Assembly: GCA_963710605.1 (NCBI GenBank)
Contig: CAVQBA010000006.1
Coordinates: 224,001-288,000 of the forward strand
From: an uncultured cyanobacterium
Lineage (GTDB): Bacteria > Cyanobacteriota > Cyanobacteriia > Cyanobacteriales > Cyanobacteriaceae
Reading direction: 5' to 3'
DNA length: 64,000 nt
The position numbers and the translations under genes were made by a program. The notes beneath the pieces were generated by a model, which saw nothing but the letters and a program-made list of their open reading frames with translations, was not told the origin of the DNA and did not search any database. Below are positions 11,942-21,516 of this stretch, piece after piece. Position 1 is the stretch's first letter. Each line of letters begins with the position of its first letter.

Positions 11942-12817
11942 ATGAACAAAAAAAATTGGTCTTCATTAATCTTTGGTATTACTAGTTTATTTTTTTTGAC
12001 AACATCAGCTATTCAAGCTGAAACAGTTTTAGAAGAAATTAATCGTACAGGAATTTTAAAAGTTGGGATTAGAAATGATGTCATCCCCTTTGGTTATCTG
12101 GATAATCAAGATAATTTAGCAGGTATCTGTTTTGATTTAGTTAAGTTAATTGAAACAGAAATTCCCAAATATCTCGATCGAGATATAATTGCCACAAGAC
12201 TATTAATCTCAAGTTTGTACAATCGTTTTGAAATTGTTCAAGATGAATTAGTACATTTAGAATGTGGTCCTAATACAATTAGAAAATTAGAACAAGAGCA
12301 AGTAAGTTTCTCTAAGCCATTTTTTGTTTCTGGTGTTCGATTTTTGGTAAAAGAAGAATCGGCAAGAAAGCTAATTAATTCTCAAGGAAAAGATTTTCGG
12401 ATTGGTGTATTGCGTTACACAAGTACAGAAGAATTAATTAAACAAAAATATCCTCAAGCTACCTTTGAATATTTTCAAGGTGATGGGGCGGCTTCACAAG
12501 CGTTTGAATTAGTTAAAGCCGGACAATTAGATGCTTTTATCAATGATACTATTTTACTAACCGGTCAATCTGTAGCCCAAAGATTTCCTATCGGCGAAAC
12601 TACAGAGTATGTTTTAACTCCTGAGCAACCTTTTAGTTGCGAAAAATATGGTTTTATTTTACCTAAGAATAATCCTGATTGGTCGAATTTAGTTAATTCT
12701 GTTATTCAATCAACACAAACTCAAGAAGTATTTCAACGTTGGTTTAGTACTTTTAATTCGGATTATGGTTCAGATGTTCTAAAATGCCCTAAAGAGTTAG
12801 ATGATATAGTTGAATAA
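11942..12817 (+). CDS. Orphan amino-acid-type extracellular substrate-binding protein (SBP family 3)
   Basis: ETVLEEINRTGILKVGIRNDVIPFGY, LECGPNTI, FSKPFFVSG. Confidence 0.8.
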   Translation: MNKKNWSSLIFGITSLFFLTTSAIQAETVLEEINRTGILKVGIRNDVIPFGYLDNQDNLAGICFDLVKLIETEIPKYLDRDIIATRLLISSLYNRFEIVQDELVHLECGPNTIRKLEQEQVSFSKPFFVSGVRFLVKEESARKLINSQGKDFRIGVLRYTSTEELIKQKYPQATFEYFQGDGAASQAFELVKAGQLDAFINDTILLTGQSVAQRFPIGETTEYVLTPEQPFSCEKYGFILPKNNPDWSNLVNSVIQSTQTQEVFQRWFSTFNSDYGSDVLKCPKELDDIVE

Positions 12818-12865
12818 TTGATAATTAACAATTAATAATTGAGGAGAAAAAATCATATTTTGAGT

Positions 12866-13861
12866 ATGGATTATGGTTTACAAGAAAAAATAATTACTGT
12901 CGGTTTAGTTGGCACAGGTTATGCGGCAAAAAAAAGGGCAGAGGCTTTTAAAAACGACCCTGATAGTGAATTAGTCGCCGTCGTTGGTAATACGGTTGCT
13001 CATACTCAAGATTTTTGTCAAACTTTTGAGCTTCGGGTGGTGGCTACTTGGCAAGAATTAGTAAACGATCGTAATATTGATTTAGTCTGTATCTGTAACA
13101 TCAATAAAGAACATGGAGAGATAGTTAAAGGAGCTTTATTGGCAGACAAACACGTTATTGTTGAGTATCCTTTAAGTTTAGACCCAATTGAAGCAGAAAA
13201 ACTCATTAAATTAGCCCAAGAAAAACAAAAATTATTACACGTCGAACATATTGAAGTTATCGGTGGCGTACATCAAGCTATTAAACAAAATATCGACAAG
13301 ATTGGTACTCCCTTTCTCGCCCGTTATAGTACTATTTTAGCTAAGTCCAAAAAAGCTCCCCATTGGACTTATAGTTATGATGATTATGGCTTTCCTTTAA
13401 TTGCCGCTTTATCTCGTATTAACCGTTTTGTCGATTTGTTTGGTGACGTTGATTCAGTTGGTTGTTACGGGCGTTATTGGGATGCACCTATAGCAGGTTA
13501 TTTTAGTGCTTGTTTTTTTCAGGCACAACTCAAATTTAATAACCAAATGATGGTTAATCTTACTTATGGTAAAGGAGAAAAATTTAAAACAAGCGATCGT
13601 ACTTTAGAAATACATGGAGATAAAGCAACCCTTAAATTTGTCGGCGAAAAAGGCACTATCACCAAAGGAAAAGAAGTAACAGAGATTGAGGTAGGTAGCA
13701 GAGTCGGTTTGTTTAACAAAGATACGCAAATGGTTTTACAACACCTTAAACAAAGCAAACCACTATACATAGATAACAATCAAAGTGCTTATTCGTTAAA
13801 AGTAGCCCAAGCAACTAATCAAGCATATCAACAAGAAACGATCGTGATAGTTAATAATTAA
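12866..13861 (+). CDS. bvdR: Biliverdin reductase (Gfo/Idh/MocA family)
   Basis: VGLVGTGYAAKKRAE, KHVIVEYPL, LHVEHIEVIGG typical of cyanobacterial BvdR; ATG 12866 assumed. Confidence 0.8.
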   Translation: MDYGLQEKIITVGLVGTGYAAKKRAEAFKNDPDSELVAVVGNTVAHTQDFCQTFELRVVATWQELVNDRNIDLVCICNINKEHGEIVKGALLADKHVIVEYPLSLDPIEAEKLIKLAQEKQKLLHVEHIEVIGGVHQAIKQNIDKIGTPFLARYSTILAKSKKAPHWTYSYDDYGFPLIAALSRINRFVDLFGDVDSVGCYGRYWDAPIAGYFSACFFQAQLKFNNQMMVNLTYGKGEKFKTSDRTLEIHGDKATLKFVGEKGTITKGKEVTEIEVGSRVGLFNKDTQMVLQHLKQSKPLYIDNNQSAYSLKVAQATNQAYQQETIVIVNN

Positions 13862-13994
13862 TAATTAATAATGAAAATATCTATTAGGCTATAAGCTGTA
13901 TTCTGTTCATTGTTCACTGTTCATTGTTCATTGTTCATTGTTCGTTGCTATATAATGGAATTTAAACATTTAAAGATAAAAAAAAGAATATAAT

Positions 13995-15092
13995 ATGTCA
14001 GTATTGGCAGCGATCGCAGTTTTAGGTATCTTAATAGTAGTACACGAACTAGGACATTTTGGAGCGGCAAGACTTCAAGGTATTTATGTCACCAAATTTT
14101 CGATCGGTTTTGGTCCAGTTTTAGCTAAATACGACGGTAAAGAAACAGAATATGCACTTAGAGCGATTCCTTTAGGTGGATACGTTGCTTTTCCTGATGA
14201 TGAAGGTGAAGATAGTGATATTCCTCCAGATGATCCTAATTTACTACGAAATCGTCCCGTATTCGATCGGGCAATTGTAATTAGTGCAGGAGTAATCGCT
14301 AATCTTATCTTTGCTTATTTGCTTTTAGTCGGACAAGTTGCCACCGTCGGCGTACAAGATATTAGTTATCAACAAGGCGTTTTGATTCCTGAAATAATTG
14401 CCGAAGCAGATTCTCCAGCATATGTAGCAGGATTACAAAATGGTGATGTTATTGTGGCTATTGATGGTAAAGAGTTACCCGCATCAGAAGAAGCTATCAA
14501 TTCACTTAGAAAAACAATTCAAGCCTCACCTAATCAACCTTTAAATTTTGAAGTTAAAAGAAAAGAAGAATTAATTAATCTTGAGATTACACCTCAAACA
14601 ACAGAAAGTGGACAAGGTAAAATAGGCGTTATGCTTTCACCTTATGGCGAGTTAATCAAACGTCATCCTGAAAATGTTACTGAATTATTTACTGTCGCTT
14701 CTCAGCAATTTGAACGTTATACTCGTTTAACAATTCAAGGTTTTGGGCAACTAATCACCAACTTTAAAGAAAGCTCAAAACAAGTAGCAGGACCTATCGC
14801 TATTGTAGCAGTAGGAGCCGAGTTAGCTAAAAATGATTTAGGTAATCTATTTCAATTCGGTGCTTTGATTAGTATCAACTTAGCAATTATCAACATTTTA
14901 CCTTTACCTGCTTTAGATGGTGGACAACTAGCATTTTTAGCTTTTGAAGGAGTGATGGGTAAACCTTTACCTAATCGTTTACAAGAAGGAATTATGCAAA
15001 CAGGTTTGGTTTTATTACTTGGTTTAGGTATTTTCTTGATTGTAAGAGATACTGCTAACCTCGCTTTTTTCCAACAACTTTTACCTGAATAA
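13995..15092 (+). CDS. rseP: RIP metalloprotease RseP
   Basis: HELGH, PLGGYV, PDZ region, NILPLPALDGG. Confidence 0.93.
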   Translation: MSVLAAIAVLGILIVVHELGHFGAARLQGIYVTKFSIGFGPVLAKYDGKETEYALRAIPLGGYVAFPDDEGEDSDIPPDDPNLLRNRPVFDRAIVISAGVIANLIFAYLLLVGQVATVGVQDISYQQGVLIPEIIAEADSPAYVAGLQNGDVIVAIDGKELPASEEAINSLRKTIQASPNQPLNFEVKRKEELINLEITPQTTESGQGKIGVMLSPYGELIKRHPENVTELFTVASQQFERYTRLTIQGFGQLITNFKESSKQVAGPIAIVAVGAELAKNDLGNLFQFGALISINLAIINILPLPALDGGQLAFLAFEGVMGKPLPNRLQEGIMQTGLVLLLGLGIFLIVRDTANLAFFQQLLPE

Positions 15093-15247
15093 TTAAATCT
15101 CAAAATTATTAATTATCATTAACACGAAATAAAACGAAAAAAGGGTGCATACCATGCACCCCTACATATAATTATGAATATTTATTTAAAAAGACAATAT
15201 TTAATTCTCCATTCTCAATTCTCAACTCTCCATTCCCGAAGGCAGGC

Positions 15248-16084
15248 TTAACCTTTGATTGCACCTGCTGTAATACCTTGCACGATTCTTTTTTGGAAAA
15301 TTAAAACTAAGACGATTAAAGGAAAAGTACCTAAAATTGTTGCCGATGCGATCGCACCATAAGGAATCTCAAAAGCACTACTCCCACCAACTTTAGCCAC
15401 TGCCACGGGTATAGTTTGTAAACTTTCTCTAGAAATAAAAGTAAGGGCGAAAATAAATTCATTCCAAGCAAAAATAAAAGCCAAAATTCCAGTAGTTATC
15501 AATGCAGGAATAGTTAAAGGGAAAACTATTTTTAATAGCATTTGCACCAGATTGTAACCATCCATACGGGCTGAATCTTCTAAATCTTTGGGTAATTGTA
15601 AAAAGAAACTACGCAAAACTAAAATAGTTAATGGTAAATTAATAGCCGTATAAGGAATAATTAAGGATAAATAATTGTTTCCTAAATCTAAAAATTTAAC
15701 GATTTCTAATAAGCCTAAAAAAAGTAAAACATAAGGAAACAAACTCACTACTAAAACAAAACCGATAATGATGTTTTGATAGGAAAGATTAAACCTTGCT
15801 AAAGCATACGCACAGGGTGCACCCAAAGCCAAGCATAAAATTGTCGAAACAAGAGCAACAAAAGCACTGTTGAGCATATACCGTAAGAAAATTGCTCCTA
15901 AGCTCGAATAGTTAGTCCAAGTTAATTGCTCTGAATTAGGAAAATAAATTGTCGGAATTTTAGCGATCGCTTCGTTAGTTTTTACTGAAGTTAAAACTTG
16001 CCATAAAACAGGAGCAAGACAAAAAGAAATTATTAGAATAATTCCCAAATATAAAAGTATTTGTTTATAATTATTTTTTAACAT
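15248..16084 (-). CDS. Carbohydrate ABC transporter permease
   Basis: EAA-like loop LEDSARMDG, FIFAWNEF. Confidence 0.92.
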   Translation of the reverse strand: MLKNNYKQILLYLGIILIISFCLAPVLWQVLTSVKTNEAIAKIPTIYFPNSEQLTWTNYSSLGAIFLRYMLNSAFVALVSTILCLALGAPCAYALARFNLSYQNIIIGFVLVVSLFPYVLLFLGLLEIVKFLDLGNNYLSLIIPYTAINLPLTILVLRSFFLQLPKDLEDSARMDGYNLVQMLLKIVFPLTIPALITTGILAFIFAWNEFIFALTFISRESLQTIPVAVAKVGGSSAFEIPYGAIASATILGTFPLIVLVLIFQKRIVQGITAGAIKG

Positions 16085-16100
16085 TATTAATTATTAATTA

Positions 16101-16997
16101 TCAATTATTTTTACTGATTTTATTTAAAACAAAACTAACAATAGTTACTACCAAAATCAGAATTAAAAAAGTAACCGTAACTAAAGTTGCCCCATAGCCA
16201 AAATCGAGATAACGTCGTACCGTTGCATATATATACACAGCGATCGTTTCTGTACTACCAGCAGGACCACCACCAGTCATTACTTGTACCAAATCAAACA
16301 CCCCAAAAGATTGAGCAAAACGAAATAAAAGAGCGATCAAAATTTGAGGTATTAATAAAGGAAAAGTAATCTGCCAAAAACTTTGCCAAGGATTTGCACC
16401 ATCCATTTGATGTGCCTCATACAAATCACTAGAAATAGATTGCAAACCAGCTAGTAAAATCAAAGCAATAAAAGGAGTCGTTTTCCAGACATCAGCCACA
16501 ATTAAAGAAAACATTGCCCTTGTCGGATTGCCAAGCCAGTTAATACCTTCATTGATAATACCTAAACGCAACAGAATATCATTAACTACACCATATTGGT
16601 CATTAAAAATCCATGCCCACGCTAAACCCATTACAGCAGTCGGTAACGCCCAAGGAATCAAGGTAATAGTACGTACTAAGCCTCTACCAACAAAAGCTTG
16701 GTTAAGGATTAAAGCAAAAATCATCCCTAATACTAACTCCAAGGTTAGACTAATTGTCGTAAAAACTGTCGTATTAGCCAAATCCGCCCAAAAACGTCCA
16801 TCACCAAATAGACGAATATAATTACCTAATCCTGCAAATTCAGGTTGTAATTGCGTACCTAAATTTTGAAGATAAAAACTACTCCAAACAGCACGAGTAA
16901 TAGGGTAAACAAAAACAAAAATAAGTAGTAATAAAGCAGGTATTACTAATAACCAACGAATATATTTTTCTCGACTAGAAACTTGTTGTAAATTCAT
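16101..16997 (-). CDS. Carbohydrate ABC transporter permease
   Basis: LYEAHQMDGA, WKTTPF, MTGGGPAGST. Confidence 0.92.
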   Translation of the reverse strand: MNLQQVSSREKYIRWLLVIPALLLLIFVFVYPITRAVWSSFYLQNLGTQLQPEFAGLGNYIRLFGDGRFWADLANTTVFTTISLTLELVLGMIFALILNQAFVGRGLVRTITLIPWALPTAVMGLAWAWIFNDQYGVVNDILLRLGIINEGINWLGNPTRAMFSLIVADVWKTTPFIALILLAGLQSISSDLYEAHQMDGANPWQSFWQITFPLLIPQILIALLFRFAQSFGVFDLVQVMTGGGPAGSTETIAVYIYATVRRYLDFGYGATLVTVTFLILILVVTIVSFVLNKISKNN

Positions 16998-17038
16998 TAT
17001 TTATAAACTCTTAACTCTTAACTCTTAACTCTTAACTC

Positions 17039-18313
17039 TTAACTCTTTAGCAGTCTTCTGGTTTCTCCCGCCGCTTGTTGCATCGCTTTTTCTGGTGTCA
17101 TAGTTTGAGTTAATGCCGCACTCAAATACCTTTGTAAAATATCGGAGGCTTGAGCATATTGAGGAATAGGAGGGCGTAATGCCGAGCTTTCTACAACTTT
17201 TAATAAGTCAGGATAATAAGGATATTTGGCAACAATTTCTTCGTTATTAAATAAAGAAGTACGACTAGGTACGTAACCTGTTGCTAACACCATTTCTTTT
17301 TGATTCTCTTCGCTGGAGAAAAATTCGATTACTCGCCATGCTTCTGAGGGGTGAGAAGTAAACGCAGACATCCCAAAACCCCAACCACCTTGACAAGCAC
17401 CACTTTTTTCGTTGGGTTTATGCACCATCGGCTTAAGGGCAAATTTACCTGCAATCTCGGATTCAGAAGCTAATCCTGCCACATATGGCCAATTACGGAG
17501 GAAGATACTTTCGCCATTTTCAAAGATACGTCGGGTTTCTTCTTCGGCATAGGTTGTGACACCTGGAGGAGATATACCTGTTTCGATTGTTTCTAATAAA
17601 AATTGTACACCAGCGATCGCTTCTGGGGAATCTAACCCCACTTCATTAGTTTCAGGATTAATCCAATAAGCACCAAAACCTTTGAGTATCTCAACAAACA
17701 TCGCCGATAAACCTTCATATTGTTTCCCTTGCCAGAGATAACCCCATTTGGCGACATTTTTGCTTTGTAAATCTTGAGAAATTTTAATTAATTCACTAAA
17801 AGTATTTGGAGGATTATAGCCATTTTCTGCTAACAAGTCACTGCGATAATAAAGCATTCCGCCATCAGAACGAAAAGGCATTCTGTATAATGAATCTTGA
17901 TAACTTCCTCCTCTTATATCTCCTTTGAGATAAGCATCTAGATAATCAGGAGTGACAAATTCATCTAAAGGTTTTAACCATTTTGCCGCCGCAAATTTTT
18001 GCACCCAAGCAATGTCTAAATAGACTAAATCGTAAGGTGAATCTCCTAATAAAAAAGCTGAAGTATATAAATCTTCTACTATATTAGTTTGGTTTGGAGC
18101 GGTGATAATTTCTAAGTTTAGATCGGGATTATTTTGATTAAATTTATCGATTAAAAATTCTAGTCTTTGTTTTTCAAAAGCCTGCATTAAAACCGTAATT
18201 TTAGTTGGCTGTTGACTATAGCTAAGTTTGGTAAATAAAACTATAGAGAGAAAAATTGATAATACGATCCAGACTAATCTTTTTTTTAATTGTGAAAATA
18301 AATAACTAATCAT
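17039..18313 (-). CDS. Carbohydrate ABC transporter substrate-binding protein
   Basis: WQGKQYEGL, FLRNWPY; operon with two permeases. Confidence 0.9.
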   Translation of the reverse strand: MISYLFSQLKKRLVWIVLSIFLSIVLFTKLSYSQQPTKITVLMQAFEKQRLEFLIDKFNQNNPDLNLEIITAPNQTNIVEDLYTSAFLLGDSPYDLVYLDIAWVQKFAAAKWLKPLDEFVTPDYLDAYLKGDIRGGSYQDSLYRMPFRSDGGMLYYRSDLLAENGYNPPNTFSELIKISQDLQSKNVAKWGYLWQGKQYEGLSAMFVEILKGFGAYWINPETNEVGLDSPEAIAGVQFLLETIETGISPPGVTTYAEEETRRIFENGESIFLRNWPYVAGLASESEIAGKFALKPMVHKPNEKSGACQGGWGFGMSAFTSHPSEAWRVIEFFSSEENQKEMVLATGYVPSRTSLFNNEEIVAKYPYYPDLLKVVESSALRPPIPQYAQASDILQRYLSAALTQTMTPEKAMQQAAGETRRLLKS

Positions 18314-18587
18314 TATATTTATTTAATTATCGTCGTCACTAATTTTAACTTAGCTTAGATTACGATCGTATTAATAAAAAATAATTTGTCATATTTTCGT
18401 GGAGATGAAAATTAATAGTTTTACTTGTAACTAATCTTAAATATCTTTTATTGTTGGTAAATATTGATATTAATAATTTTTTTAGATTCATCGACTACAA
18501 AATATTCGGGTGCAAACCTTGCACCCCTACCTACAATTAATTGGAAATCAATATTACTTAATCGTTTTTTTCCCCATTCCCACCCTC

Positions 18588-18765
18588 ACTAAATTAGTAA
18601 ATCTATACATGGTAGTTACAGTTACAATACCCGATACTCATGTAACAATACTGAGTATTAAAGTGTAATTTAGGGAATCGAACCCATTTGGCTATGACTC
18701 TTCAGCCGTACCTAGCTAACTAATTACCCGTTAGCGAGGTTTGTATTCGCCTTTACTAATTTAGT
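18588..18765 (-). ncRNA. Candidate structured ncRNA / 3' element of the DIP1984-family gene
   Basis: Perfect 14-bp terminal inverted repeat (18588-18601 / 18752-18765) enclosing four hairpins including GGGUUCGAUUCCC T-loop. Confidence 0.6.
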
Positions 18766-18780
18766 TACCAACAAAGCAAA

Positions 18781-19239
18781 TTATTCCATTAATTCAGTTG
18801 ACCAATTCAATTGTTGTATTTTGGCATCTAATTCTCGATATTGTTTTGATAGAGCATCCGCTTGTTTTTGAATTTCTGATACTTTAACTGTACTTTTAAA
18901 TTTTACCTCGGATTTGCTATAACGATCTTGAGTAATTGTGGCTGTTTGTGCTAAATTTTTATATGCAGAGTACTTGAGCAACATAACATCTCTAGTTGCA
19001 AGTTTGTCCGCAATTGTTTTATCATCACTAACAACTGTATTGGAATTAGTTCTATTAATTTTTTGGATGATACTTTCTAACTGCCCGGATGTACTTTCTA
19101 AATCCTCTATCAATTCTTGAGGAGATTCTGAAGGAGAGTCTCCTTCTTGTACTTTGGCATTTTGCGTTAGTCTATTTTTTAAGTCGCTCAGTTTTTTTTG
19201 ATAATTAGCTCTTAATAAAAGTGCTTCAGCTAGTTTCAT
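18781..19239 (-). CDS. DIP1984-family (septicolysin-like) coiled-coil protein
   Basis: MKLAEALLLRA...NAKVQEGDSPSESP...INRTN...RYSKSEVKF...YRELDAKIQQLNW. Confidence 0.85.
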   Translation of the reverse strand: MKLAEALLLRANYQKKLSDLKNRLTQNAKVQEGDSPSESPQELIEDLESTSGQLESIIQKINRTNSNTVVSDDKTIADKLATRDVMLLKYSAYKNLAQTATITQDRYSKSEVKFKSTVKVSEIQKQADALSKQYRELDAKIQQLNWSTELME

Positions 19240-19604
19240 GTTAATGTTTTTCTTTTTTTACGAAACATATATATCTTTAATTATGTAACTATTAAAATTT
19301 AGACAAATATTTTAGTTTCATCGGTTTTTATTATTAATCATTATAATCATGTTATAACTTTTTCTAGTTACGATCGTAATTGACTATGTAACAATAATTA
19401 TTACCATAATCGATCGTGAATTAACTTTTTCAACCAGTGTTACAAACAATCTTAATCGTGATAACTAGTACATATTAGCAATAAAAATTATTGTAAGTGA
19501 TAGTGGTGTAGTCAATAAACCTTGAATATGATTATTTTGAATTAGTAAGACCAATCGTCAAAGTATTCATAGTATATAATTACTAAAAATACTTATAAGC
19601 AAAA

Positions 19605-21308
19605 ATGTCAGAAATCACTAATGCAGTCAAAAGAATTGCTAACATTGCTAGAAACAAAAATTGGAGTAATCTACCAGCAATATCTCTAATTTATTCTGGG
19701 GAATATCAAGACATCCCTTCAGGAAAAATCAAGCCAGAACAACTAACACAGGAACAACTAAAATATATAGATGATGTTTTTGGTGATTTTCAGCCATATT
19801 TAACCAAAGAAAAAATAGAAAACAAAGTCAAGACATATCCCTTTAAACTTCCTCAAGAATTTTATGAATTGTATCAACTAGGTAATGGTTGTCTTCCTTT
19901 TGATGTTATAGATGAATCACAAAACGATCGCAAAAAGTCGAGCTCAATTTATGACTACTTTTATTTTCCTAATCCTGATGATAAATTATTAGATTTACAT
20001 TCAATTATGAATTTTTATTCTCGTACCAAATATGCAGTTTGAATACTTAGAAAATAAATATTAGTAGCATTGGATGGAATCCAATATTATTCCTCTAAAA
20101 AGATTTATTGTCCTCATTGTAATTGTCGCAATCATAGAAATGGTGAAACAACTTATTATCATCAAGTAATTACTCCAGTTATCGTCTCACCAAACAAAAA
20201 ACAAGTAATTAACTTAGAGCCTGAATTTATTAGAAAACAGGATGGTAAAACGAAGCAAGATTGTGAAAACGTAGCGGTAAAAAGGTGGTTATTACGAAAT
20301 TCAAATGACCAAGAAAAAAATCAAATAACCTTATTGGGAGATGATCTTTATTCTCGTCAGCCAATATGTGAATTAGCGATAAAACAAGGATATAATTTTA
20401 TATTTGTGGCTTTACCATCATCTCATAAAAGTTTATATGAATGGCTTGATTTTTTAGAAAAAAATGAAGAAATAAAGAAAGGAGAAATCAAAAAATATGA
20501 AAAAGGAAGACCGATAATTTATCGTTATAAGTATGTAAATAATGTACCAATGAGAGAAAAAAAGCCAAGCTTAATGGTCAATTGGTATGAGGTCGAGATA
20601 ATTGATAGAATTAAGAATAAAGTAATTTATTATAATAGCTTTATCACTAATCATAAATTAAAAGAAGACAATATATTAGTAATAATAAAAGGGGGAAGAA
20701 CAAGATGGAAAGTAGAAAATGAAGGTAATAATATCTTGAAAAATCAAGGATATAATTTTGAACATAATTTTGGTCATGGGCAAGAGAATTTGTCCGAAAT
20801 ATTGTTATCATTAAATCTACTAGGATTTCTCTTTCACAATGTTTTAGAATTAGTGAATGTTAACTATCAAAAAATTAGAGACAAATTAGTGAGGAGAAAA
20901 ACATTTTTTAATGATATAAGAGCGTTATTGAAATATATATGGTTTGAAAGTTGGCAGGATTTATTCATATTTGTACTAACGGAAGGAGAAGAAAGAAAGT
21001 TAATCAACACAAGTTAAAAAGAGAAAAAATAAACAGTAAATTCTCCTTTACTACCTATTTTTATGTATTTAGATGCTGGAGAGTATTATCTATGTTTGGA
21101 AGGAAGTAATCAACAAGAAGAAACTTCTTCGTTATCGTTAACAATTCATGGAGGAGATTTGAGTTTTGACGTAATAGAAGAAATGTGGCCCAGTCTTACT
21201 AATATGATATTAGCCTATGCTCAATTACAAGAAACAAAAGATTTGAAAAAAGATATTTATGAAGAGTATGGTAGCTGTTGTGAGTATGCAGATGATTTTT
21301 TTACATAA
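19605..21308 (+). pseudogene. SMI1/KNR4-like protein split by a transposase fragment (5' part 19605-~20033, 3' part ~21039-21308)
   Basis: 5' part YPFKLPQEFYELYQLGNG; 3' part NSPLLPIFMYLDAGEYY...WPSLTNMILAYA, together the cyanobacterial SMI1/KNR4 pattern. Confidence 0.6.
20034..21017 (+). mobile_element. 5'-truncated ISNCY-type DDE transposase
   Basis: LVALDGIQYYSSKKIYCPHC, KQDCE, LLGDDLY, GRTRWKVENEGNNILK, EHNFGHG; N-terminus absent, extra frameshift near 20055. Confidence 0.85.
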
Positions 21309-21516
21309 TTGCTATTCACAAAGTAAACACAAGCCTTTAGTCTTTAATGCGTTATTCTTTTAATTTTTTACTCCTTGACTATAAGTAAAACAAAAAATTT
21401 TAGTTTCGATCGTTTTGTACTTCAATTCTTAATTAAATAGTATAAAATGAAATTCCGTTAAGAAATGTAATAATATATTACGAAGACGATCGCTCAATTC
21501 ATCGAGGAGACAATAA

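Noticed and set aside
18588-18765. Retron msr-msd (a1/a2 repeats) or a tRNA gene
   Set aside because: No reverse transcriptase nearby; only the T-loop is tRNA-like, with no acceptor, D or anticodon arms in register.
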